Below are positions 10,783-20,461 of a stretch of 64,000 nucleotides of DNA, piece after piece. Each line of letters starts with the position of its first letter. The stretch's first letter is position 1. Source of the DNA: an uncultured Flavobacteriales bacterium (GTDB lineage Bacteria > Bacteroidota > Bacteroidia > Flavobacteriales_D > Parvicellaceae); the NCBI GenBank assembly GCA_913042175.1, contig CAJWIX010000001.1, positions 15,231 through 79,230 of the forward strand. The letters are read 5' to 3'. The notes beneath the pieces were generated by a model, which saw only the letters and a program-made list of their open reading frames with translations, was not told the DNA's origin and ran no database searches. The translations under genes and the position numbers were made by a program.

Positions 10783-11778
10783 TTATTCCCATTCAAACTC
10801 ATAATCACTTTTAATGAGTTCAGCTCTATTTTCATCATGTAGTGCGAAATCAAAACCGGAATACATGCTATAGCTTCCAACTTCACCAGCTACATTCATA
10901 GCTATGAAACCTACTTGTAAATTATCTAATGAGTGGGATGATTTTTTAATTCGTTCAATGGCAACCTTACAAGCTTCTTCTGGAGAAAGACCATTTCTCA
11001 TTTGTTCAACAATAGTATGGCTACCGCAAATTTTAATGATAGCCTCTCCTAGGCCAGTGGCACATGCAGCTCCAATTTCAGGGTCTACAAAAATTCCTGC
11101 TCCAATTATGGGTGAATCACCAACTCGTCCATGCTTTTTGTATGCCCACCCACTTGTGGTACATCCAGCAGCTAAATTTCCATTTTCATCCTGAGCAATC
11201 ATGGCAATTGTGTCATGATTTTCATGATTAATTATGGGTAGATTTAATGTTTTTTTATCTTTCCATTCCTGCCATTTTTGTAATGAGCTGTCTGTGAGTA
11301 AATTTTTGTGTTTAAATCCTTGCTCGAGAGCAAATTCATATGCTCCTTTACCGCTTAACATTACATGTGGAGTTTCTTCCATTACTTTTCTTGCAACAGA
11401 AATGGGATGTTCAATGTTCTGTAGATATGTAACTGAACCACAATTGTAATTATGATCCATTATTGATGCATCTAACGTAACTAGACCATTGGCATCTGGC
11501 ATTCCTCCTAAACCGACACTTGTGTTTTCTGGATCAGACTCTGTTATGTTAAGTCCTTTCTCTATAGCATTTATGGCAGAACCATTAGATTGTAGAATTC
11601 GAAAAGCTTCTTTGTTGGCATCTATACCAGAGATCCAGGTAGAAACAACTTTAATTTCTTTGGATTTTGTCAATAAAATTGACTGTTCATTGTTACTTGA
11701 ACTAGTATTGGAACAACTATTGGTTATTAAGGCTGCAGAACCGAGAGCACCGACTTTAACAAAATCTCTTCTTTTCAC
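10783..11778 (-). CDS. N4-(beta-N-acetylglucosaminyl)-L-asparaginase (glycosylasparaginase, Ntn hydrolase)
   Basis: Twin-arginine signal MKRRDFVKVGALGSAAL followed by a Cys (ITNSC). Autoprocessing site ENHDTIAM. GAGIFVD and GLGE motifs. Confidence 0.8.
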   Translation of the reverse strand: MKRRDFVKVGALGSAALITNSCSNTSSSNNEQSILLTKSKEIKVVSTWISGIDANKEAFRILQSNGSAINAIEKGLNITESDPENTSVGLGGMPDANGLVTLDASIMDHNYNCGSVTYLQNIEHPISVARKVMEETPHVMLSGKGAYEFALEQGFKHKNLLTDSSLQKWQEWKDKKTLNLPIINHENHDTIAMIAQDENGNLAAGCTTSGWAYKKHGRVGDSPIIGAGIFVDPEIGAACATGLGEAIIKICGSHTIVEQMRNGLSPEEACKVAIERIKKSSHSLDNLQVGFIAMNVAGEVGSYSMYSGFDFALHDENRAELIKSDYEFEWE

Positions 11779-11847
11779 ACCTTTAATTTAATATTAAAGA
11801 GTTTAATAGAAGAACTTTTAACTTAATAAGTAGTATTGTTGTATATG

Positions 11848-12198
11848 TTAAATTAACTTATTGGTTAATTCGTTAGGAAAAATTACAGTGGGTTCAAATG
11901 ATTTTGCTTTTTCAAAATCCATGGTGGCATATGAAATGATAATGACTATATCACCTTTAGCAACTCTTCTTGCAGCAGGCCCATTTAGTGCTATTTCACC
12001 AGAACCTCTTTTACCGGGAATGACATAAGTTTCTAATCTTTCACCATTATTAATGTTAACTATCTGCACTTTTTCACCAGCAATCAAGTTAGCAGCTTCC
12101 ATTAAATCAAGATCAATAGTAATACTGCCAATGTAGTTTAGGTCAGCATCAGTAACTTTTACTCTGTGAATTTTTGATTTTAGCACTTCAATTGTCAT
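11848..12198 (-). CDS. panD: aspartate 1-decarboxylase
   Basis: [29 protein letters not shown] with the Gly24-Ser25 self-processing site, 116 aa. Confidence 0.92.
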   Translation of the reverse strand: MTIEVLKSKIHRVKVTDADLNYIGSITIDLDLMEAANLIAGEKVQIVNINNGERLETYVIPGKRGSGEIALNGPAARRVAKGDIVIIISYATMDFEKAKSFEPTVIFPNELTNKLI

Positions 12199-12202
12199 GC
12201 CG

Positions 12203-12210
12203 CAAATGTA
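12203..12210 (-). promoter_or_regulatory. -7 box TACATTTG only 4 nt upstream of the panD ATG
   Basis: The minus strand reads TACATTTG-CGGC-ATG. A second match, TAAATTTG, lies at 12238-12245. Confidence 0.4.
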
Positions 12211-12243
12211 AAATATTTATTATAAATCAAATTTAAATATCCA

Positions 12244-13095
12244 CTAAAAATTATATTCTGAAAAATCTCTGTTAAATTCTTCATTTTCAAATTTCACGTC
12301 AGTTTTTAAATTTTTATAATAATACTTTTCATACAGGCCGTTTTCGTCATGTATGAGCTGATATATTGGAAAATAATTTTCTGTATCTATTAATAGTACA
12401 GCTTTTTTGGCGTAAACACTATTGATTGTAATTAAGTCATCTTTATCTAAAATGTCATCGTCATCATAATCTTTATTGTATTCTCTTAGTTTTCCAATAT
12501 TGAGTAATTGGCTTCTGGAAATTGTATATAGTGTTTCCCCTTTTTTTGGGGTATAATTTATGGTTTTATAGTCAGCATATTCAATTGTAATCTTATGGCA
12601 TTTTCTTTCGTTCCATTTGTACAACCCATTGTAAGTAGTCATCTCGTATAGTAAATCTCCATATTGTTTTTGGTATTTTTTAAACATGTTACTCAATAGC
12701 ATAAAACCAGCTTCTCTTACGGAATGATGCCCACCAGCCAATAGAATATTATTGTCAGGGTCCATTGAAATACTAAAATATGGAAATGAATTAGGGTTTA
12801 TTAGAGCACGGTTGTCATTTCTCCCTTCAATATATAACACTTCTGATCCAGGTCTTGGTTTGTCATTTTTTATGTATAGTTTAAATGGTACATTTTGAAC
12901 TTTAGCATAAAACTCTCCGTCTGTAAAACCCTTTTCATTTCTTTCGCTTCTGAACATTGTAAACTCTAATTGGTTATGTTTATCAATGGCTTCAATCATT
13001 TTTTGGATTAATCCTTTTTTAAAGTCAAGGTCTTGAGCGGGAATGCTTGCTGAAAAAATAAAAACAATTAATAATTGGAAGAATTTAAACTTCAT
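12244..13095 (-). CDS. secreted hypothetical protein (possibly DUF1571 / LolA-like; family uncertain)
   Basis: Signal peptide MKFKFFQLLIVFIFSASIPAQ. 283 aa. Overlaps the upstream nitroreductase gene by 11 nt. Confidence 0.55.
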   Translation of the reverse strand: MKFKFFQLLIVFIFSASIPAQDLDFKKGLIQKMIEAIDKHNQLEFTMFRSERNEKGFTDGEFYAKVQNVPFKLYIKNDKPRPGSEVLYIEGRNDNRALINPNSFPYFSISMDPDNNILLAGGHHSVREAGFMLLSNMFKKYQKQYGDLLYEMTTYNGLYKWNERKCHKITIEYADYKTINYTPKKGETLYTISRSQLLNIGKLREYNKDYDDDDILDKDDLITINSVYAKKAVLLIDTENYFPIYQLIHDENGLYEKYYYKNLKTDVKFENEEFNRDFSEYNF

Positions 13096-13861
13096 GAATA
13101 AAGTATTTACTTTCGAATCTTATTTGTTTTCCATAAACCCCATTTTCAGCTCTTTTTCCAGCGCTAATAACCATACTAATTTCAGCAGGAGAATTTAAGC
13201 CAAGTAGTTTTTTAATTCTTGTAGAATCCATTCCTTCCATTGGGCAGCTGTCATATCCATATGCCCTGAGTGATAGCATTAAATTTTCACATGCTAACGC
13301 AGTTGACTTATGGGCCCAAACTGACATGCCTTTTTTATTATAGGGTTCTCTTGGAGTTGGCTTTTTTAGTCCTCTAAATTCCATGGCTATTTTTTTGATG
13401 TATCCTTTAACAGATAAAAACCCTTGTTGATAAGCAAGTGGAACTATTTTTCCATAGTATTTTTTCACCGACTTTGGTGCCTTTTCACCCATTTCATCAA
13501 TGAGTGCTAACATTCTTTTTTGATTCACTTTCCAAAAATCTGGTCTTGCCACAGCCACCACTAATTCTTGTGCAGTAGATGCTGCTGGTTGCCCCAAACA
13601 ATAGCTGATTAACTTTTCCTTTTTTGTAGCACTGCGTACCCAATAAAATTCCCAAGGCTGAAGATTTGAAGAATTAGGAGCTAATAAAGTTAACTCCAAA
13701 CATTCACGCATATCTTTTTCTAATACGGGTTCATCTGTGAAATTTCGTACACTTCGTCTACTTTTAACTGCTTTGATAAATTCTTCTTTATCTATGGCAG
13801 GAACTTCTTCAATATGCTTGTTTTTAGTTTCGAAAAGCTCGTTTAAAATTGGTTTACCCAT
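13085..13861 (-). CDS. nitroreductase-family flavoprotein
   Basis: RRSVRNFTDEPV FMN-binding N-terminal motif, NLQPWEF, 258 aa. Confidence 0.8.
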   Translation of the reverse strand: MGKPILNELFETKNKHIEEVPAIDKEEFIKAVKSRRSVRNFTDEPVLEKDMRECLELTLLAPNSSNLQPWEFYWVRSATKKEKLISYCLGQPAASTAQELVVAVARPDFWKVNQKRMLALIDEMGEKAPKSVKKYYGKIVPLAYQQGFLSVKGYIKKIAMEFRGLKKPTPREPYNKKGMSVWAHKSTALACENLMLSLRAYGYDSCPMEGMDSTRIKKLLGLNSPAEISMVISAGKRAENGVYGKQIRFESKYFIHEV

Positions 13862-13964
13862 TGCAAAAATTATTTTGAAGCGTAATAATAGGAAAAGAAC
13901 TTAAAAATATTACGTTCTCCTTTTATATATTCATAAATAATTAAATTCGTTTTAAATATTATTT

Positions 13965-15083
13965 ATGGATATTTTAATCATTATAATTCTAGTTGTCTTG
14001 TTGTTTGCCGTTGTTTTTTTAATTGCGCGAAAGAAGGATGATGGTGGAAAGTCTCAAGAATTATTGGTTCAACTCAATGCCGAATTAAGAAAAGAAATTC
14101 AAGAGGTTAGGAAGGAATTAAGTCAAGATGCTGAGAAAAGTCGATTGGAAATTGATCAAAAGCTTACCGGGATTAACAAGGAAATCAATGATTTTCATAA
14201 ATCATCCAAAACAGACATGCAAAAACAATTTGCAGATTCTAATAAAGTAATTACAGAAGTAACTAAAGAGTTGGAAAAAATAAAAGGAACCAATGAACAG
14301 GTGTTGAGTTTTGCTAATCAGATGAAAACATTAGAAAAAATTTTAGGTAACCAAAAGCAACGAGGTATTCTTGGCGAAATCCAACTGGAGAATTTATTGG
14401 CGAATGTATTGCCTCCAGAACTTTTTCAAATGCAATACAGTTTCTCTAGCGGTGAGGCAGTTGATGCCATCGTTCGAGCAGGAGAGTATATTATACCAGT
14501 TGATGCCAAATTTTCATTGGATAATTATAATAAGATGGTAGAAAGTTCAGATGCGGCTGAAATTACTGTGTTAGAAAAACGTTTTAAAGAAGACATAAAG
14601 TCACGTATTGATGAAACAGCTAAATACATTCGTCCAACTGAGAAAACAACGGATTACGCCTATATGTTTATTCCTGCAGATGGTTTGTACCAAGATTTAT
14701 TGAACAGTAGAGTAGGTACGCTTCAAATTAATTCTAGAGATTTAGTTTCTTATGCTTACACCAAAAAGGTCATGATTGTATCTCCAATGAGTTTGTTCCC
14801 TATGTTGCAAATCACAGTTAAAGCGTTACATAATTTAAAAATTGAAAACTCTATAAAAGATATCATGAAAAACATCGATAAGCTAGGTAATCACCTCAAT
14901 GCTTATAAAACTTACCATGATAAATTAGGGAACACATTGGGTACAGCAGTTAACCACTACAATCGGTCTTCTTCAGAGTTTAAAAAGATTGATAAAGATG
15001 TTGTTAAAATTTCGGAGGGAAATACGCAAATTGGGTTCGATGGAGAACTGCTTGATCGTCCTTTGTTAGATAATGAGGGGTAG
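13965..15083 (+). CDS. rmuC: DNA recombination protein RmuC
   Basis: N-terminal TM helix, then a long coiled coil, then a C-terminal RmuC-type region (RGILGEIQLENLL, YAYMFIPADGLY). Confidence 0.8.
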   Translation: MDILIIIILVVLLFAVVFLIARKKDDGGKSQELLVQLNAELRKEIQEVRKELSQDAEKSRLEIDQKLTGINKEINDFHKSSKTDMQKQFADSNKVITEVTKELEKIKGTNEQVLSFANQMKTLEKILGNQKQRGILGEIQLENLLANVLPPELFQMQYSFSSGEAVDAIVRAGEYIIPVDAKFSLDNYNKMVESSDAAEITVLEKRFKEDIKSRIDETAKYIRPTEKTTDYAYMFIPADGLYQDLLNSRVGTLQINSRDLVSYAYTKKVMIVSPMSLFPMLQITVKALHNLKIENSIKDIMKNIDKLGNHLNAYKTYHDKLGNTLGTAVNHYNRSSSEFKKIDKDVVKISEGNTQIGFDGELLDRPLLDNEG

Positions 15084-15098
15084 TCCTATTTTGTGAAT

Positions 15099-15129
15099 AA
15101 CTATTCTTGAACGATAGTTTTATTTTTTT
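15099..15129 (+). terminator. weak hairpin plus T-run downstream of rmuC (alternatively an operator upstream of umuD)
   Basis: AACTAT-N9-ATAGTT followed by TTTATTTTTTT. The 6-bp stem is AT-rich. Confidence 0.3.
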
Positions 15130-15155
15130 GCTAAAAAGTGGAAATTTAGTTTGTC

Positions 15156-15605
15156 GTGAATAAATTAAAGAACATATACAAAAACCAAGACTTAAGTTTC
15201 TATTCATTAGACAATGATGTGTTATCTATCCCGTTTTATGAGTCTAAAGTACCTGCTGGGTTTCCTTCTCCTGCAGAGGATTTTATGGATTTAGATTTGA
15301 ATTTGCAGGAGTATTTGGTGCAGCATCCATCAGCTACTTTTTGTGTTCGTGTTACGGGGGATTCTATGCAAAATGCAGGTATTTTTAGTGGTGATGTAAT
15401 GGTAGTAGATCGTGCATTAGAGCCTAAAAATAACACGATTGTTTTAGCTGTTTTAGATGGTGAATTCACTGTAAAAAGAATACAAAAAAAAGGAAGACAA
15501 CTTTTTTTGAAGCCAGAAAATGAAACGTTTAAGCCAATACAGATTACAGAAGAAATGGACTTTAAGGTCTGGGGAGTAGTTACGCATATCATACATAAGG
15601 TATGA
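15156..15605 (+). CDS. umuD: translesion polymerase V accessory subunit UmuD (S24 peptidase)
   Basis: Ala-Gly cleavage site in [12 protein letters not shown]. Ser-Lys dyad context VTGDSM ... FTVKRI. GTG start. An in-frame GTG 63 nt downstream is an alternative start. Confidence 0.85.
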   Translation: MNKLKNIYKNQDLSFYSLDNDVLSIPFYESKVPAGFPSPAEDFMDLDLNLQEYLVQHPSATFCVRVTGDSMQNAGIFSGDVMVVDRALEPKNNTIVLAVLDGEFTVKRIQKKGRQLFLKPENETFKPIQITEEMDFKVWGVVTHIIHKV

Positions 15606-16876
15606 TTGCGCTGGTAGATTGTAATAATTTTTATGCTTCTTGTGAGCGCGTTTTTCAACCTAAGTTAGAAAACAAGCCTATTGTTGTATTATCCAATAAT
15701 GATGGATGTGTGATCGCTAGGAGTAATGAAGCTAAAGCATTAGGGATAAAAATGGGGGCTCCTGCTTTTAAAATGCAATCCATATTTGATCGATACGCTG
15801 TACATGTTTTTTCCTCAAATTTTGCACTTTACGGAGATTTATCCAATCGCGTAATGAATATACTAACAGAAAGTGTACCTGCTATAGAAATTTATTCTAT
15901 TGATGAAGCTTTTTTAGATTTAGAGGGAGTAATGAAACCTCGTCAATTTTCTATTGACTTAAGGTCGAAAGTTAAACAATGGACGGGTATACCGGTATCT
16001 GTAGGTATTGCTCCTACAAAAACATTAGCTAAAGTGGCTAACCATGTAGCTAAAAAGTATAAAAAAGAAGGCGTTTTTGTAATGAAGTACTCTAAGACCA
16101 TTAACGAGGTGTTAAAACATATACCTGTAGATGAGCTTTGGGGAGTAGGGCGTCAGTATGCGAAGTTTTTAATGGAAAGAGGTTTTCATACTGCTCATGA
16201 TTTAGCTCATGGTAGCGAATCATGGATCAAGAGAAACATGACTGTTAATGGACTAAGAATGGTAAAGGAGCTTAAAGGAATAAGTTGTTATGCTATTGAG
16301 TGTGACACAGCCAGAAAAAAGAATATTTGTACGTCACGATCTTTTGGTATAGAAGCTAAAGAATTACATGAATTAAAAGAAGCCATTGCTGCTTATGCTA
16401 ACACGTGCGCCATGAAGCTCAGAAAAGAAAAAAGTTTAGCTCATTCTATTTGTGTTTTTGTTAGGACCAATCCTTTTAAAGAATCTGCAAAGCAATACAA
16501 CGCCTCTCAAAAAGCTATGTTAACTGTTCCAACAAATGATGGTATGGAAATCACCAAACAAGCTTTAGCCGTACTTGAACGATTATACAAAAAGGGATTT
16601 AACTATAAAAAAGCAGGTGTAATTGTGGGCGATATTGTTCCTGATTACTCTCGTCAATTGAGTTTTTTTCATCAACAAGATATATTAAGGCGCCAACGTG
16701 TTATGCATTCATTAGATTACATTAACACTACTATGGGCAGAGATAAAGTACGATTGGCTATACAAGGATTTGATCGAAAATGGAGATTAAAACAAGAAAA
16801 ATTATCACCTTGCTATACCACTAGGTTTACAGATATGCTTGAAGTTAATATAGATTATCTTAAAAGTGTAACATAG
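15602..16876 (+). CDS. umuC: Y-family DNA polymerase UmuC
   Basis: [18 protein letters not shown] and SIDEAFLDL motifs. 4-nt overlap with umuD. Confidence 0.9.
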   Translation: MIALVDCNNFYASCERVFQPKLENKPIVVLSNNDGCVIARSNEAKALGIKMGAPAFKMQSIFDRYAVHVFSSNFALYGDLSNRVMNILTESVPAIEIYSIDEAFLDLEGVMKPRQFSIDLRSKVKQWTGIPVSVGIAPTKTLAKVANHVAKKYKKEGVFVMKYSKTINEVLKHIPVDELWGVGRQYAKFLMERGFHTAHDLAHGSESWIKRNMTVNGLRMVKELKGISCYAIECDTARKKNICTSRSFGIEAKELHELKEAIAAYANTCAMKLRKEKSLAHSICVFVRTNPFKESAKQYNASQKAMLTVPTNDGMEITKQALAVLERLYKKGFNYKKAGVIVGDIVPDYSRQLSFFHQQDILRRQRVMHSLDYINTTMGRDKVRLAIQGFDRKWRLKQEKLSPCYTTRFTDMLEVNIDYLKSVT

Positions 16877-19173
16877 CCATTTTTATTAGAAAACTGATTG
16901 TTAACATTCACAAAATATAATTTCCAAACATAAACCCCATCTGGACAATGAATGTTATTAAAAGTTCCATCCCATTTGAAATTAGGATCAAAAGATTCAA
17001 AAATTAGCTCACCCCATCTATTATAAATTTGTAAATTATAGTCACGTTGATTAGCAACTCCAATGGCTCCAAAATAGTCATTTAGACCGTCCCCGTTTGG
17101 AGAAAAAGAATTGGGGACAAAATAATCATTGTAGTAGTATTGAATTTTATTTTGTGTGGTGTCAGAGCATCCAATATCATTTAAAGCAATTAACTCAGCA
17201 GTAAAATCTAATGGCATATTTGTAGTAAATGAAATGTTTTCGTTGGTAAAAATATTTTGATCAATATTCCAGATAAATTGGGTAGCATTGGAGGAGTTAT
17301 TTGTGAAATTAAATTGAAGATCATTTATCATGGGTTGATAGGGACTATAGTTAAATTCGGCTATCGGATTGGGGAGGACTTGAACTATGGAATCAAAACT
17401 ATTAGTATAGATACAATTATTGTTGGATGTGAGAGTAAGAGTTACGTCATAGTAGCCAACTGAAGAAAAAGTGTAATCAAAATTATATGAATTGCAGGGG
17501 TTAAAATTGAAAATTTGATTATTAGTACTCCATGAGCAACTAGAATATGATGTAACTGAAGTGTCAGTTGTGTTTTCAAAAGAAACAGAAAAAGGAGGAC
17601 ATCCAATGGTGGTGTCTGCTATAATAGATGGAACCAGATCAATTTCATTGTAAACTGCGAGTGTGTCATATGCAATACAGCCAAAGAATGAGGCGCTTGC
17701 GTTAAAATAGTTGGTGTCTATACTCGGAAATATATAAGTATTGTTTTGATATCCATTTTCCCATTGTATAACGGAGTTGGTATAGTTTGAAACAGCATTT
17801 AATAGAATACTATCATTGTTACAAATAACCAAATCTTGACCAACATTAATATCAAGATTAAAAAATTCTTCAGTGTAATTTAAATTATTTGTAGGAATTG
17901 GATTTGTGCTATTGATCCAGTTTGTGTGACTAATTGTACCATCATGACCATTGGTAATGGTGTAATTATTGGTTGTTGTAATAATGGGTAAAGTATCTAA
18001 AATACATGAATGTGATAAATTATTATCTGTTTTAATCAGACTAACATCTTGCTGAGTATTGCCCGAAAAAGTAGGTATCTCACTTAATAATAAGACATCA
18101 CCTATTAAATCTGTTGAAATTGATAACCCTGCATGAGTTCCTATACCCCCATAACTTTTACTTACTAATAGAGTTCCATTGGGGTTAATTTTAAGTACAA
18201 TAGCTTCATCTCCAAATGTATTATTGTAATTGCTGCTCCCAATTAAAAATAAGTTGTCGTTGGCATCTATATCTGCATCAAAACATTTTTCTGAAGATGA
18301 TGTGCCATATGAATTAGCCCAAAGAATATTAAAGTTTTGATCTGTTTTTATGACTTTAAAATCTGTAAATTGAGATGAGTTATTTTCTTCATCACCCACT
18401 ATGTAGAATGATCCGTCATTGCATTGGAGCACTTTTATTACCTGTTGATTGTTTGGACTATTAAAATTGATAAAATTTAGCTCATTTCCTGAGTTATCTC
18501 CATAAAAAATAGCCATATCCTTACCCCATTGAGAAGTTTGAGTAAACCCACCAATTAAAAATTCATTATTTCCAATACTAATAATGTCTTTACCAAATTC
18601 ATCACCATTGGTATATCCAAGTGTTTTATTTAGGATTATATTTCCTTGTGAGTCAAAGTGACAAATCTCCCAGTCATACCTAACAGGATTAAAAAACATA
18701 TGATATTGACCAATAGTAATGAAATTCCCATTTGGCAATTCACAAATAGAGTGAGATGCGTTATAATGATTATCATTAGGTCCATCAAAGACATTGAAAA
18801 AAATTAAATTGCCTGTGTTGTCTATCTTCATTATGAAAGAGTCACCTCCCTGTGTTAAAAAAGACCAAGTTCTCCCAGTTAAAATGTAGCCTCCATCATT
18901 TGTTTGCTTAATGTCATGAACGAGATCTTTTTGAGCGCCACTATACTTTTTATTCCAAATGACAGAACCATTGATGTCGTATTTAAGTATAAATATTGAC
19001 CAATTATTAGGAGTGTCTTTTGTGTAACCTACAACTATTGATCCTCCATCTGCTGTAGAAATTACCTTTTGAGGAATGTCTTCACCTCCTGTACTTATTA
19101 TTTTATAGAATTGATTTTGAGCAGAAAAATAAACAGTGTAACTCAATAATATGATTAAAGTGAATAATTTCAA
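16855..19173 (-). CDS. T9SS type B sorting-domain surface protein with an N-terminal beta-propeller-like repeat region
   Basis: The TTG start gives signal peptide [19 protein letters not shown]. Repeated ..DGG.I..G....-I.K.D..G..IW modules. C-terminus: [18 protein letters not shown]...[11 protein letters not shown]...WDGTFNN...PDGVYVW. Confidence 0.8.
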   Translation of the reverse strand: MKLFTLIILLSYTVYFSAQNQFYKIISTGGEDIPQKVISTADGGSIVVGYTKDTPNNWSIFILKYDINGSVIWNKKYSGAQKDLVHDIKQTNDGGYILTGRTWSFLTQGGDSFIMKIDNTGNLIFFNVFDGPNDNHYNASHSICELPNGNFITIGQYHMFFNPVRYDWEICHFDSQGNIILNKTLGYTNGDEFGKDIISIGNNEFLIGGFTQTSQWGKDMAIFYGDNSGNELNFINFNSPNNQQVIKVLQCNDGSFYIVGDEENNSSQFTDFKVIKTDQNFNILWANSYGTSSSEKCFDADIDANDNLFLIGSSNYNNTFGDEAIVLKINPNGTLLVSKSYGGIGTHAGLSISTDLIGDVLLLSEIPTFSGNTQQDVSLIKTDNNLSHSCILDTLPIITTTNNYTITNGHDGTISHTNWINSTNPIPTNNLNYTEEFFNLDINVGQDLVICNNDSILLNAVSNYTNSVIQWENGYQNNTYIFPSIDTNYFNASASFFGCIAYDTLAVYNEIDLVPSIIADTTIGCPPFSVSFENTTDTSVTSYSSCSWSTNNQIFNFNPCNSYNFDYTFSSVGYYDVTLTLTSNNNCIYTNSFDSIVQVLPNPIAEFNYSPYQPMINDLQFNFTNNSSNATQFIWNIDQNIFTNENISFTTNMPLDFTAELIALNDIGCSDTTQNKIQYYYNDYFVPNSFSPNGDGLNDYFGAIGVANQRDYNLQIYNRWGELIFESFDPNFKWDGTFNNIHCPDGVYVWKLYFVNVNNQFSNKNGYVTLLR

Positions 19174-19207
19174 TTGTATATATATTACAAGATATAATAT
19201 AATGAAA

Positions 19208-20461
19208 TTAAATTAAAATTTGCCTTACGTCTTCTTTATTATTTAAATAGTCACTAAAGAACCCACGTGCCTTCATTCTTTCAATAAGCCCATCTAATTC
19301 GTTTGCTTTTTGAAGTTCTATACCTACAATGGCAACACCGGTTTCTTTGTAATGTTTTTTAGTATACTCAAAATGAGTTATGTCATCATTTGGCCCTAGA
19401 ACATCTGCTAAAAATTCTTTTAAAGCACCAGCTCTTTGAGGAAGTTTAATCAAAAAGTAATGCTTTAAATTTCTATAAAGGAGTGCCTTTTCCTTAATCT
19501 CAGACATTCTTGAAATATCATTATTACTTCCACATATAAGACAAACTACATGCTGATTTATAAATTTATCTTGATAAAGCTCTAAAGCTGCTACACTAAT
19601 TGCTCCGGCAGGCTCAACAACAATAGCATCTTTGTTATACATATTGAGAATAGTTTGGCAAATTTTACCTTCAGGAACAAGAAGCATTTCATCTAAATAT
19701 TTTCGGCAAAGGTTATATGATATTTCACCAACTCTTTTTACTGATGCCCCATCAACAAAAGGATCGATTTTATCTAATGATGTTACAGTATTATTGGATA
19801 AAGATTTGGACATAGATGGTGCTCCCTCTGGTTCAACACCAATAATTTTAGTTTCAGGAGATAATTGTTTAAATACACTTAGTACCCCAGAAATTAAACC
19901 TCCTCCACCTACAGGAACAATTATGGCATCAATTTTTTCATTTGCTTGTTCTAAAATTTCTAAAGCTAATGTAGCTTGACCTTCAATAACAGATTCATCG
20001 TCAAAAGGGTGTATGAAAGTTTTGTTGTTTTTATTGCAATATTTCTTTGCCGCTTCATAAGCGTCATCATAGGTGTCTCCATCAAGTATTACATTAATAT
20101 ATTTCCCCCCAAACATATTTACTTGCTCAATTTTTTGTCTAGGAGTGATGGTAGGCATAAAAATTACACCTTCTATCTTCAATAGATTACATGATTTTGC
20201 AACACCCTGAGCATGGTTTCCAGCACTTGAACAAACTACACCCTTATTTCTCTCATTATTATTAAGTGAACTTATTTTGTTGTATGCGCCTCTAATTTTG
20301 AAAGAGCGAACTTCTTGCAAATCTTCTCTTTTCAACCATAATTTAGTCGTGGTTAATTGACTTAGTCGTTCATTATACTGTAATGGTGTTTTGCGTACAG
20401 TTTCTTTAAGTCTATGACTAGCTTTTTTTACATTTTCTATATCAGTCAATTGGTATTTCAT
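19208..20461 (-). CDS. ilvA: threonine ammonia-lyase (short form with a single regulatory domain)
   Basis: PLP-lysine context [21 protein letters not shown], 417 aa. Confidence 0.88.
   Translation of the reverse strand: MKYQLTDIENVKKASHRLKETVRKTPLQYNERLSQLTTTKLWLKREDLQEVRSFKIRGAYNKISSLNNNERNKGVVCSSAGNHAQGVAKSCNLLKIEGVIFMPTITPRQKIEQVNMFGGKYINVILDGDTYDDAYEAAKKYCNKNNKTFIHPFDDESVIEGQATLALEILEQANEKIDAIIVPVGGGGLISGVLSVFKQLSPETKIIGVEPEGAPSMSKSLSNNTVTSLDKIDPFVDGASVKRVGEISYNLCRKYLDEMLLVPEGKICQTILNMYNKDAIVVEPAGAISVAALELYQDKFINQHVVCLICGSNNDISRMSEIKEKALLYRNLKHYFLIKLPQRAGALKEFLADVLGPNDDITHFEYTKKHYKETGVAIVGIELQKANELDGLIERMKARGFFSDYLNNKEDVRQILI

Noticed and set aside
15004-15207. 67-aa minus-strand ORF spanning the rmuC-umuD spacer
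   Set aside because: It overlaps the 3' end of rmuC and the 5' end of umuD, and has no signal, motif or promoter box.
15236-15658. 140-aa minus-strand ORF antisense to umuD
   Set aside because: It fully overlaps a well-supported umuD and the start of umuC, and its composition looks like a shadow ORF.
13965-16876. umuDC as cargo of a mobile element or ICE
   Set aside because: No integrase, transposase, relaxase, tRNA target site or flanking direct repeats were found. The neighbouring genes are ordinary housekeeping genes.
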